Positions 8,348-18,183 of a DNA stretch of 64,000 bases are shown one piece after another. A model generated the notes under the pieces. It had not been told where the DNA came from, did not search any database, and was given only the letters and a program-made list of their open reading frames with translations. The position numbers were made by a program, and so were the translations under genes. Position 1 is the stretch's first letter; every line of letters begins with the position of its first letter. Source of the stretch: an uncultured Mycoplasmatota bacterium (GTDB taxonomy: Bacteria; Bacillota_I; Bacilli_A; RF39; UBA660); the NCBI GenBank assembly GCA_946414095.1, contig CAMKNB010000002.1, forward strand, positions 13,240 through 77,239, in the 5' to 3' direction.

Positions 8348-10189
8348 ATGAAAAAAGAAGATTTAATTAATTTAAAAAAGCAAATTTCAGAATTATCTGA
8401 TGAAGAGAAAAAACAAAGAGATTTATATTTAAGAGAATTAGCAAATGGAACTTTACAAGGACCACCAACAGGTTATGCAAGTATTGATAAGCCTTGGTTG
8501 AAGTATTATGATAAGAATGATATTGTTACTGATATACCAAAACTTAAAGCTTATGAATATATGCTATTAAATAATGCTGAACATCTTGATAAAACTGCAA
8601 TTAATTTTTTGGGTAAAAAAATAACTTATAGAGAAATGATAGTTAATGTTGATAAAATTGCAAAAGCATTAGTAGCAAATGGTGTAAAAGAAGGAGATGT
8701 TGTAACTGTTGCTATTGCTAATATACCTGAAAATATATATCTTTTATATGCAATTAATAAAATAGGAGCAATTTATAATGTTATAGATCCTAGATATACA
8801 TCAGAGGAATTTTTAAGAGAAATAAATGCTGTTAATTCTAAATTGGTTATTTGTTTGGATATGTGTTATGAAAATATTTTGCCTATTTTAAAAGAAACTA
8901 AAGTAGAAAAATTAATATGTCTTAGTCCTATTGAATCATTACCATTTTTAAATTCCATAAATAAAATTAAAAATAATATTTCTGGAAATTTTTATAAATG
9001 GAATCAGTTTATAAAATCTGGGAATAGTATTTCAAAAGAAGTAAACTCAAGTTTTGTTGCAAATCAGCCTATTGTTGTTGTTCATACTGGTGGTACTACT
9101 GGTGAGCCTAAAGGAGTAATATTAACTAATGAAAATTTTGTGGCAATGGCACAAATGCATAAGAATGGCGGACTAGATTATACTATTAATGACACATTTT
9201 TAAATGTTTTACCTCCATTTGTAGCATTTTGTTTGAGTAATGGTATAAATATGCCTTTAACTTTAGGATTAGAGGTTTCCATTATTCCAAAATTTGATGT
9301 TCCAAAATTTGCTGAGTTGTTAGACAAATATAAACCTAATCACGTTTTAGCTGGGCCAATATTATGGGAATATGTAATTAAAAGCAATATTAAAGATTTA
9401 AGCTATCTTAAAACACCTGTTTCTGGTGGAGATTCCTTAAATGAAGCAACAGAAAAATCAATTAATGATTTTTTTGCAAAACATGGTTGCAAATTTAAAG
9501 TTGCTCAAGGATATGGTATGTCTGAAGTTTCATCAGCTGCATCTTTTTCAACAGAAAATTCAAATAAGTTAGGTAGTGTAGGAATACCTTTTATCAAAAA
9601 TTCCATTTCTATTTTTGATCCGGATGATTGTAGCGAAAAATTATACAATGAAGAAGGTGAAATATGGATAAATACACCTACTATGATGAAAGAATATTTG
9701 AATAATAAAAAGGCTACTAATGATTTAAAATATGTTGAAAAAGATGGAAAAATATGGATTAGAACAGGAGACATTGGAAAAATTGATTCAGAAGGCCATT
9801 TATATATAGTCGGTAGAATGAAAAGAATGATAGTCAGAAATGGAAATAAAATATTTCCTGCTAATATTGAAAGTATAGTGTTAGAAAATTCTGATATTGA
9901 AAATTGTTCAGTAGTTTCTATGCATGATGATGTTGAAAGATCTGTACCTGTCATACATATTATAATGAATGAAGCTGCCAAATCAACTAGAGAAGAAATC
10001 GTTGAATATATTAAGAATAAAATAGGCACATGTTTACCTGATTACAATATACCAGTTAAATTTGTTTTTAGAAGTAGTTTTCCATTAACAAAGATCAATA
10101 AAATTGATTATAAAGCATTGGAATCTGAAGAATTGGGAAATGATGAAATTATTAATAAAAAAGAAAAAGAATTAATAAAAAATATATAA
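8348..10189 (+). CDS. AMP-binding enzyme / long-chain acyl-CoA synthetase-like, with N-terminal extension
   Basis: HTGGTTGEPKG, QGYGMSE, RTGDIG, GRMK and C-terminal TKINKID motifs. Confidence 0.88.
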   Translation: MKKEDLINLKKQISELSDEEKKQRDLYLRELANGTLQGPPTGYASIDKPWLKYYDKNDIVTDIPKLKAYEYMLLNNAEHLDKTAINFLGKKITYREMIVNVDKIAKALVANGVKEGDVVTVAIANIPENIYLLYAINKIGAIYNVIDPRYTSEEFLREINAVNSKLVICLDMCYENILPILKETKVEKLICLSPIESLPFLNSINKIKNNISGNFYKWNQFIKSGNSISKEVNSSFVANQPIVVVHTGGTTGEPKGVILTNENFVAMAQMHKNGGLDYTINDTFLNVLPPFVAFCLSNGINMPLTLGLEVSIIPKFDVPKFAELLDKYKPNHVLAGPILWEYVIKSNIKDLSYLKTPVSGGDSLNEATEKSINDFFAKHGCKFKVAQGYGMSEVSSAASFSTENSNKLGSVGIPFIKNSISIFDPDDCSEKLYNEEGEIWINTPTMMKEYLNNKKATNDLKYVEKDGKIWIRTGDIGKIDSEGHLYIVGRMKRMIVRNGNKIFPANIESIVLENSDIENCSVVSMHDDVERSVPVIHIIMNEAAKSTREEIVEYIKNKIGTCLPDYNIPVKFVFRSSFPLTKINKIDYKALESEELGNDEIINKKEKELIKNI

Positions 10190-10237
10190 TGCTTTTTTAA
10201 TTCAAATATGATATTATTAAAATAGAGGTGTTTTAGA

Positions 10238-12139
10238 ATGTCTGATATATCTTATTATATAATGAGTTTTATATATTTGCTTGTTGTCATTGTAGCATAT
10301 TTTTCAAAGAAAAAAATAAAGAGTCCCGAGAATTCAATATTTTCTTCAACGCTTATTATTACCATTGTAGGGTTAATATTTAGTTTTATAAGTTATTTTT
10401 TAGTTAAATCTGGGATAAAATCTAATGATGCGTTATATATTTGGTCAAATAGATTAATATTATTATATTATAATTTGTGGGGAGTAATATTTACTTCATA
10501 TATTGCTATACTTTCAACAAATAGTAATAAAGAACAAAAATATATTAGGAATAGAAAGATAACTTTAGTAGCCATGGTTATATCAGCAATTTTAGCATTG
10601 GTATTGCCATTTGAAATTAAGGAAATAGATGGATTGTTGTTACCAACGGGACTTTCGGTAAATTGTACTTATATAATATCTGGTATTGCAGTTTTTATAA
10701 TGATTATTTTATTGATTGGAGATTATCAAAATTTTAAAAGCAAAAAATATATACCATTATATTCATTTTTAGTAATGGGTATGTTTTGTCTTATGGCACA
10801 GTATGTTAATCCAAAGTTAATGTTATTTACACCATTGCAAGTGTTTATCTGTGTAATAATATACTTTACAATTGAAAACCCTGATGCTAAGCTTGTTGAG
10901 TATGAGAAGACTGAGAAAGAGAGAGCTGAGGCTGCTAGCCTTGCTAAGAGTGAATTCTTAAGTAGTATGTCTCATGAACTTAGAACTCCTTTGAATGCTA
11001 TTGTTGGTTTAAGTGAAGATATTGAATCATTTAATGATAAAGTACCAAAGGAAGTTAGGGAAGATACTGTTGATATTGTTAATGCATCAAATACTTTACT
11101 TGAAATAATTGGTAGTATCTTAGATATAAGTAAGATTGAAAGTGGAAAGCTTGATATAGTTGAAAGTGATTATGCACCTAAAGATGAATTTGAAAGTATT
11201 GCTAAAATACTTAGAACTAAAGCAAGTGAAAAGAATTTAGAATTTAATGTATCTATTAGTGATAGAATACCTGATGTATTATTTGGTGATAGACTTAGAA
11301 TTAAACAAATTATTAACAATTTGCTTTCTAATGCTATTAAATATACTGATCATGGTAGAGTAAATTTCTTTGTTAATTGGTTAGATGCATCTGGAGCATT
11401 ATCTATTACAGTAGCAGATACTGGTAGAGGTATTAAAGAGGAAGATATAGATAAATTATTTAGTAAGTATGATAGACTTGGTGTTGAAAAAACAAGTAAT
11501 GTTCAAGGAACTGGTTTAGGTCTTGCTATTACTAAGACACTTATTGATTTAATGGGTGGAACAGTAGAAGTAAAAAGTGAATATTTAATTGGAACAACAT
11601 TTAGTGTAACAATACCTCAAAAACTTGGAGATGCTGAGAGACTTGAATCTATTAAGATGGCTCAAATGTATGTTCCTAAAGACCTAGACTTTAAAGGTAA
11701 AAAGTTACTTGTTGTTGATGATAACTTACTTAATATTAAAGTGTTTAAGAAAGCTATTAAGGATTTAAATTTTGAAGTAGATGAATGTTATAATGGACAA
11801 GAAGCGCTTGATAAAATAGAACTAAAAAATGATTATGATATTATATTTATGGATATTAAAATGCCTGTTATGGATGGAGAAGAAGCAATTGGACATTTAA
11901 TTAATATGCCAAACTTTAAAACTCCTGTAGTAGCACTAACAGCAGATGCAATGACAGGATCAAATAACAAGTATATTAATATGGGATTTAGTGATTATAT
12001 GTCTAAACCATTCTCAAGAAAAGTTATAGCTGTAAAATTAGACGCTATATTAAATAAAGGAGAAGTTGCTAATAAAAATTTAAATACTGAAGAAGAGAAG
12101 AAAGAAGAAACACAATCAGAAGAATTTAAAGAATCATAA
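10238..12139 (+). CDS. Orphan hybrid sensor histidine kinase/response regulator with multi-TM N-terminus
   Basis: MSHELRTPL H-box, NAIKYT, DTGRG, GTGLGL; receiver VVDD...FMD.KMP...SKP. Confidence 0.93.
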   Translation: MSDISYYIMSFIYLLVVIVAYFSKKKIKSPENSIFSSTLIITIVGLIFSFISYFLVKSGIKSNDALYIWSNRLILLYYNLWGVIFTSYIAILSTNSNKEQKYIRNRKITLVAMVISAILALVLPFEIKEIDGLLLPTGLSVNCTYIISGIAVFIMIILLIGDYQNFKSKKYIPLYSFLVMGMFCLMAQYVNPKLMLFTPLQVFICVIIYFTIENPDAKLVEYEKTEKERAEAASLAKSEFLSSMSHELRTPLNAIVGLSEDIESFNDKVPKEVREDTVDIVNASNTLLEIIGSILDISKIESGKLDIVESDYAPKDEFESIAKILRTKASEKNLEFNVSISDRIPDVLFGDRLRIKQIINNLLSNAIKYTDHGRVNFFVNWLDASGALSITVADTGRGIKEEDIDKLFSKYDRLGVEKTSNVQGTGLGLAITKTLIDLMGGTVEVKSEYLIGTTFSVTIPQKLGDAERLESIKMAQMYVPKDLDFKGKKLLVVDDNLLNIKVFKKAIKDLNFEVDECYNGQEALDKIELKNDYDIIFMDIKMPVMDGEEAIGHLINMPNFKTPVVALTADAMTGSNNKYINMGFSDYMSKPFSRKVIAVKLDAILNKGEVANKNLNTEEEKKEETQSEEFKES

Positions 12140-12168
12140 AATACGAATTAAAAGATTCGTATTTTTTT
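12138..12168 (+). terminator. Intrinsic terminator
   Basis: AAAATACGAAT-loop-ATTCGTATTTT followed by a T-run. Confidence 0.7.
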
Positions 12169-12172
12169 ATAA

Positions 12173-12234
12173 AAAAGAAGTGTTTTATATAAATTATAAC
12201 GAATTATATTTATAGAAGAAAAAACACTTCTTTT
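12173..12234. repeat. 14-bp perfect inverted repeat with 34-nt spacer upstream of the YhcG pair
   Basis: AAAAGAAGTGTTTT (12173-12186) and AAAACACTTCTTTT (12221-12234). Confidence 0.8.
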
Positions 12235-12248
12235 ATTATGGAGGAAAC

Positions 12249-13142
12249 ATGAATTACTACGAAGAAATTAAAAATGAACTTATAAATAATGAAGTATATA
12301 AGAAAGTAAAAGATTATTCGAAAAATAAAAATGATCTAATGACTTATTATAATGTGGGTAAATTATTATTTAAAGCTGGTAAGCATTATGGAAATGGAAT
12401 AATAAAACAATATTCAATTAAATTAGTTGAAGAATTTAGTAATGCTAAATACGGATATAGAAATCTATTTAATATGAGAAAATTTTATATATTATTCCAA
12501 AATGAAAAAATGAACGCACTGCGTACACAATTGTCTTGGACACATTATAGAGAGTTATTAGTATTAAAAGACATGAATGAAATAAACTATTATATTGATA
12601 TTTCAATTAAGGAGAATCTTTCTTATAGAGAACTTCATAATAAAATAAAAAGTAAAGAGTATCAAAGATTAGATGAAGACGTAAAAAAGAAACTTATATT
12701 AAAAGAAGAAACTAAAATAGAAGATTTTATAAAGAACCCTATTGTTATTAGAAATACTAATAATATTGAAAATATAAGTGAAAAAGTGTTGAAAAAACTT
12801 ATACTTGAAGATATAGAGCACTTTATGAATGAACTAGGGTTTGGATATTGTTTTGTAGGAAGTGAGTATAGAATAAAGATAGGAAATAATTACAATTATA
12901 TAGATTTATTATTGTTTAATATTAAGTTTAATTGCTATGTTGTAATTGAACTCAAAGTAACAGAATTAAAGAAGGAACATATTGGTCAAATAGAAGTATA
13001 TATGAATTATGCAGATAAAAATTTAAAAGAGAGTGGTCAAGATAAAACAATAGGCATTATTATTTGTAAGAAAGAAAACAAGTTTATTATGGAATATGCT
13101 AGTGATGAAAGAGTTTATAGTAGAAGTTATGAGTTATTGTAG
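12249..13142 (+). CDS. YhcG/DUF1016 family PD-(D/E)xK nuclease, copy 1
   Basis: LSWTHY, ELGFGYCFVGSE, YIDLLLF...VVIELK, GQIEVY and TIGIIIC motifs. Confidence 0.9.
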   Translation: MNYYEEIKNELINNEVYKKVKDYSKNKNDLMTYYNVGKLLFKAGKHYGNGIIKQYSIKLVEEFSNAKYGYRNLFNMRKFYILFQNEKMNALRTQLSWTHYRELLVLKDMNEINYYIDISIKENLSYRELHNKIKSKEYQRLDEDVKKKLILKEETKIEDFIKNPIVIRNTNNIENISEKVLKKLILEDIEHFMNELGFGYCFVGSEYRIKIGNNYNYIDLLLFNIKFNCYVVIELKVTELKKEHIGQIEVYMNYADKNLKESGQDKTIGIIICKKENKFIMEYASDERVYSRSYELL

Positions 13143-13150
13143 GAGAAAAT

Positions 13151-14045
13151 ATGGATTACTATGAAGAAATTAAAAATGAACTTATAAACAATGAAGTATA
13201 TAAGAAAGTAAAGGATTATTCTAAAAATAAGAATGATCTAATGACTTATTATAATGTAGGAAAACTGTTAATTGAAGCACAGGGTGGTGAAGAAAGAGCA
13301 AAATATGGAAATAAATTAATTAAAGCATATTCTAAAAAACTAGAAATAGAGTTAGGTAAAAAATATAATGAAAGAACACTAAGAAGAATGAGGCAATTAT
13401 ATATATTGTTTAAAAATATAAAATGGTCGACAGTGTCGACCAAATTAAGCTGGTCACATTACCAAGAACTATTAGTATTAGTAGATAAATATGAGATAGA
13501 TTATTATATTCAAGAAACCATTAAACATAATTTAACTATAAGACAATTAAGAGAAAAAATAAAAAGTAAAGAATATCAAAGATTAGATAAGAACACTAAA
13601 CAAAAACTAATTCTAGAAGAAAGAACCGATATTGATGATTTTATAAAGAATCCTATTGTTATTAGAAATACTAATAATATTGAAAATATAAGTGAAAAAG
13701 TATTAAAGAAACTTATACTTGAAGATATAGAGCACTTTATGAATGAACTTGGAAGTGGATACTCTTTTATTGGTAGTGAGTATAGAATAAAGATAGGAGA
13801 TAATTACAATTATATAGATTTATTGTTATTTAATATTAAGTTTAATTGCTATGTTGTAATTGAACTCAAAGTAACAGAATTAAAGAAGGAACATATTGGT
13901 CAAATTGAAGTGTATATGAACTATTTAGACAAGAATTTAAGAAATGCGAGCCAAAATAAAAATAATATGTAAAAAAGATAATAAGTTTGTAATGGAATAT
14001 GCTAGTGATGAAAGAGTATATAGTAGAAGTTATGAATTAGTATAA
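13151..14045 (+). pseudogene. YhcG/DUF1016 nuclease, copy 2, frameshifted near the 3' end (ORF stops at 13972; ancestral stop 14045)
   Basis: 11-nt deletion relative to copy 1 at about 13961; IICKKDNKFVMEYASDERVYSRSYELV continues in another frame. Confidence 0.8.
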
Positions 14046-14072
14046 AAAATAAAATATTTAATAATATTTAAT

Positions 14073-14303
14073 ATGATAAAGAATATTATTAAAAATGATG
14101 ATTATGAAATAAACATTAGAAATAATTGTCTTCATATTAAATACTATATTAATGTTATTGATATATCTAGCAATAGAATGAGTGTTTTAATTAAGAATAA
14201 TAAGCTTGTAATTAAGGGTTCATCTCTAATAATTACCTGTCTAGATGAATATGAACTTTTGATTAAAGGATATATTAGGAGCATCGAATTTATTGGTGAA
14301 TAA
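14073..14303 (+). CDS. yqfC: YabP/YqfC family sporulation protein
   Basis: IKG..L.I..LDEYELLIKGYI.SIEF pattern; directly upstream of yqfD. Confidence 0.7.
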   Translation: MIKNIIKNDDYEINIRNNCLHIKYYINVIDISSNRMSVLIKNNKLVIKGSSLIITCLDEYELLIKGYIRSIEFIGE

Positions 14304-15450
14304 GGTTAGTATTATAGTATATGAAGAATCATCTAAATTTTTAGATTATCTTGTTTATAATAATATTTTTTATGAAGATTTAAGAAAATATGATAATGTT
14401 TATTATTTGATAGTAAGTTATGACAATTTTAATAAAATATCTAAAAGATATAAAACTAAAATAATAAAGTATTTTGGTAAGAAGGGTTTAATTAATTTTA
14501 TTAATTATCATAGATATATGATTATTTCATTTCTTATATGTTTGTTTATATTAAAACTATTAACTATGACTATTTTTGATATAAAAATATATAGCGATGA
14601 TGAGAATATTAAAAGTGTAATAATGAGTTCTTTAAATGATAATGGTATAAGTATAAATAAGAGAAAGAAGTCGTTTGATGAAATAAGTGTTATTAAAAAT
14701 AAAATATTATCTTCTAACAAAGATACACTTGAATGGATTGAAATTAAAGAGCGAGGTTGTATTTATGAAGTTTATGTTACACCTAGGGTAATAAATAAAA
14801 ATAATAATGTTTCAAATGAAGCAAGTAGTATCTATTCATCATCTAATGGGGTGATTAAACATATTGTTGTATCTTCTGGTACTAAGATGGTTGATAATGG
14901 AGACTATGTTAAAAAAGGAGATTTGTTAATAAGTGGTAATATTTTTAAAAATGATGAAATAGTTGATAGCAAAGAAGCATTAGGAAGTGTGTTTGCTGAG
15001 GTATGGTATATAGCGTATGTAAATGTCCCTTTTGAGTTTGTTGAAACTATTAATACACGTAAAGTAATTAATCATTATTATTTAGATATTCTTAATCATA
15101 AATTTACTTTAATTGGGAAATATGATAGTGATGACACTGTTAATAAAACAAAAGTAGTTCTTGATAAGCCTTATTTACCATTTAAATTATATAAAGAAGA
15201 GAAAACTATATATAAATATAATAAGAAACATTTGAGTGAAAATGAGGCTTTAATGATAGGTGTAGACGAAGCAACTTATAAACTTGGCTATGACTTAAAA
15301 GAAGGGGAACGTATTATTTCTAAAAAAGTTTTGAAAAAAGAGGTGAATAGTAGTAAAATGTATATAGAAGTATTCTTCAAGGTTTATAAGAATATTGGAG
15401 TTACTTCTAATATAGATAAAGGAAAAATAGAATATGGAAGCATCAATTAA
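14293..15450 (+). CDS. yqfD: Sporulation protein YqfD
   Basis: TM, WIEI...G, GVI...V..G...V..GD.VKKGDLLISG, A.G.VFAEVWY. Confidence 0.85.
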   Translation: MVNKVSIIVYEESSKFLDYLVYNNIFYEDLRKYDNVYYLIVSYDNFNKISKRYKTKIIKYFGKKGLINFINYHRYMIISFLICLFILKLLTMTIFDIKIYSDDENIKSVIMSSLNDNGISINKRKKSFDEISVIKNKILSSNKDTLEWIEIKERGCIYEVYVTPRVINKNNNVSNEASSIYSSSNGVIKHIVVSSGTKMVDNGDYVKKGDLLISGNIFKNDEIVDSKEALGSVFAEVWYIAYVNVPFEFVETINTRKVINHYYLDILNHKFTLIGKYDSDDTVNKTKVVLDKPYLPFKLYKEEKTIYKYNKKHLSENEALMIGVDEATYKLGYDLKEGERIISKKVLKKEVNSSKMYIEVFFKVYKNIGVTSNIDKGKIEYGSIN

Positions 15451-16036
15451 AGGAGTTATTATAGATACTTGGCCATCTTTAGCCGTATTACTTTCAATTG
15501 TTATTATTATGAGGGTAACAATCTTTTTTAAGGGTGAAAGAAGAAAAGCAGTAATTCATGAAGAAATATTTAATTTGTTTTTTATAACATATTTACTTAT
15601 TTTGTTTAGACTTGTTACTAGTCAAGATATATCTGCATATAATTCAACTAATTTGATGCCATTTAGAGAAATACTTAGATATGATATTGGAACTACTGGT
15701 TTTTATAAACAAGTAGTTGGCAACATTTTACTGTTTATTCCATTTGGATATTTTGTAACATCATATTGTAATATTAAGAATTTGGGAACTATTACTATTG
15801 TTTCAATGTTATCTAGTTTTGTAATTGAAATTGTACAACATTTTATTGGTAGAAGTTTTGATGTTGATGATATTATTTTAAATGTAGTAGGTGGTATTCT
15901 TGGATTCTTACTATATGTATCACTTAATGCAATTAGAACACATATGCCAAAGATATTAAGACGTGATTGGTTCTTAAATTTACTAAGTATTATTGTTTTA
16001 GTGTTATCAGTTTTATATTTAATTAAGATATTGTAA
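15434..16036 (+). CDS. VanZ-like membrane protein
   Basis: NLMPF, GNILLFIPFG, IE..Q...GRSFDVDDIILN. Confidence 0.85.
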   Translation: MEASIKGVIIDTWPSLAVLLSIVIIMRVTIFFKGERRKAVIHEEIFNLFFITYLLILFRLVTSQDISAYNSTNLMPFREILRYDIGTTGFYKQVVGNILLFIPFGYFVTSYCNIKNLGTITIVSMLSSFVIEIVQHFIGRSFDVDDIILNVVGGILGFLLYVSLNAIRTHMPKILRRDWFLNLLSIIVLVLSVLYLIKIL

Positions 16037-16049
16037 TTAGGAGAAGTTT

Positions 16050-16490
16050 ATGAAAGATTTTATATTTAATACAACAGATGAAGAAATAGATACTACTGAA
16101 CTTGCAGATGTATTAACATTTGCATGCTCTCACTTAAAAATAGAAAATCCACTTTTAAATGTAGTAATTGTAGATAATGAAAAAATTAGAGAAATAAATA
16201 AAGAATATAGAAATAAAGATGCTGTTACTGATGTAATAAGCTTTGCTTTTGAAGAAGTTAATGATGTAGAATATGAAGATGTTAGATTTTTAGGTGAAAT
16301 ATATATTTCTTATGAAAGATGCAAGAGTCAAGCTAGCGAATATGGGCATAGTGTAAGAAGAGAGTTTTCATATTTAGCAGTTCATGGACTACTACATTTA
16401 CTTGGCTATGATCATATGACTGAAGAAGATAAAAAAGTAATGAGAGCTCTTGAGGAGGAAATATTAAATGAATATGATATCAAGAGATGA
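16050..16490 (+). CDS. ybeY: rRNA maturation endoribonuclease YbeY
   Basis: TDVISF and HGLLHLLGYDH. Confidence 0.95.
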   Translation: MKDFIFNTTDEEIDTTELADVLTFACSHLKIENPLLNVVIVDNEKIREINKEYRNKDAVTDVISFAFEEVNDVEYEDVRFLGEIYISYERCKSQASEYGHSVRREFSYLAVHGLLHLLGYDHMTEEDKKVMRALEEEILNEYDIKR

Positions 16491-16866
16491 GAGAAAAAAA
16501 GAAAAAGGTTTAAAGAAGTTTATTAATAGTTTTAGTTATCCAATTAAGGGTCTAAAATATGCATATAGAAATGAACAAAATTTAACTGTTGATGTTGGAA
16601 TTGCTTTAATTGTTGTAATATTTGGATTTATTTTTAAAATTAATAAATATGAATGGGCAATATTAGCACTTACTATTGGACTTGTTATTTCATGTGAACT
16701 TATAAATACTGCAATTGAAGCTACTGTTGATTTAGTAACAGAAGAATATCATCCACTTGCTAAGGTTGCAAAAGATACTTCTGCAGCTGCAGTTTTCGTA
16801 TTTGCCATAGTCGCAGTAATAGTGGGTATAATAATCTTTTTACCTAAAGTGATATCTTTGTTTTAG
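16468..16866 (+). CDS. dgkA: Diacylglycerol/undecaprenol kinase
   Basis: ELINTAIE..VD, AKD..A; conserved synteny. Confidence 0.9.
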   Translation: MNMISRDERKKEKGLKKFINSFSYPIKGLKYAYRNEQNLTVDVGIALIVVIFGFIFKINKYEWAILALTIGLVISCELINTAIEATVDLVTEEYHPLAKVAKDTSAAAVFVFAIVAVIVGIIIFLPKVISLF

Positions 16867-16874
16867 GAGTTAAG

Positions 16875-17255
16875 ATGAAGGAAAAATTAATAAAATTACT
16901 TGATAATAGTTATGCACCTTATTCTAAAATGCATTTTGCTTGTATTGTTGAAACTAAGAGTGGTAACTTTTATGAAGGAGTAAATGTAGAAAATGCATCT
17001 TTTGGTGGAACAATATGTGCTGAAAGAAATGCTATTAATAATGCTATTAGTCATGGAGAAAGAGAATTTAGTAGTTTGTATTTAATGACTGATAGTAAGG
17101 ATATTTGTTATCCATGTAATATATGTAAACAAACTTTTTTAGAGTTTTTTGATAATGATGTTATTTTTAATATAATGACTAAAGATGGAAAAATGAAAGT
17201 TATGGATTTCACATCTATAATGAAAACAATTTTTACAAAGGAGGATGTAATATGA
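16875..17255 (+). CDS. cdd: Cytidine deaminase
   Basis: YAPYS, NVENAS, CAER, PC..C. Confidence 0.93.
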   Translation: MKEKLIKLLDNSYAPYSKMHFACIVETKSGNFYEGVNVENASFGGTICAERNAINNAISHGEREFSSLYLMTDSKDICYPCNICKQTFLEFFDNDVIFNIMTKDGKMKVMDFTSIMKTIFTKEDVI

Positions 17256-18139
17256 AAAGTGGATTTGTTACTTTAATTGGAAGACCAAATACTGGAAAAA
17301 GTACTTTATTAAATTCAATTATAAGTGAAAAAATTGCAATTATTTCACCAAAACCACAAACAACAAGAAATTTAATACAAGGAATATATAATGAAGATGA
17401 TACTCAAATAGTTTTTGTGGATACTCCTGGTATTCATAAGCCTATTGATAAACTTGGAGTAGCACTTAATTCACAAGCATATTATTCTATTAATGATGTA
17501 GATATTGTTTTGCTTGTAGTGGATGCTAGTGTTCCATATGGAAAAGGTGATAAATTTATTTTAGATAAATTAGTAGGTCTTGATAAGCCAGTATTTCTTA
17601 TCTTAAATAAAATTGACAAGCTTACTGATAATGAAATATTGCTTAAAATAAATGAATATAAAGATTTATATGAATTTGCTGAAATAATACCACTATCTGC
17701 TTTAAAAAATGATAATGTTGATAAACTAATTAAAGTATTAAAAAATTATTTACCAGATAATGTAAGATACTTTATGGATGGAGAAACAACTAGTGCTGAT
17801 ATGGAGTTTAGATTATCTGAACTTGTACGTGAAAAGATATTCATTCATACAAATGATGAAGTACCACATTCTATATCTTGCAAATTAATTGGTTTTGAAA
17901 ATGATGACAAAATTGCAAAAGTATATGTAGACATAATTGTAGATAGAGATAGTTTAAGAAAAATAATAGTTGGGCATAATGGTAGTATGATTAAAACTAT
18001 TGGACATGAAGCTAGAATTGAGATGGAAGAGTTACTAGGCAAAAAAGTATATCTTGAACTATATTGTAAAACAATTAAGAAGTGGAGAGAAAAAGATAAA
18101 TTTATTAAAGATTTAGGATATTTAGTAAATAATGAATAA
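17252..18139 (+). CDS. era: GTPase Era
   Basis: GRPNTGKS, QTTR, DTPG, NKID; KH domain. Confidence 0.97.
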   Translation: MKSGFVTLIGRPNTGKSTLLNSIISEKIAIISPKPQTTRNLIQGIYNEDDTQIVFVDTPGIHKPIDKLGVALNSQAYYSINDVDIVLLVVDASVPYGKGDKFILDKLVGLDKPVFLILNKIDKLTDNEILLKINEYKDLYEFAEIIPLSALKNDNVDKLIKVLKNYLPDNVRYFMDGETTSADMEFRLSELVREKIFIHTNDEVPHSISCKLIGFENDDKIAKVYVDIIVDRDSLRKIIVGHNGSMIKTIGHEARIEMEELLGKKVYLELYCKTIKKWREKDKFIKDLGYLVNNE

Positions 18140-18183
18140 TATTTTTTAAAAACCTACAATATATTATTGTAAGGAGAAAAAAT

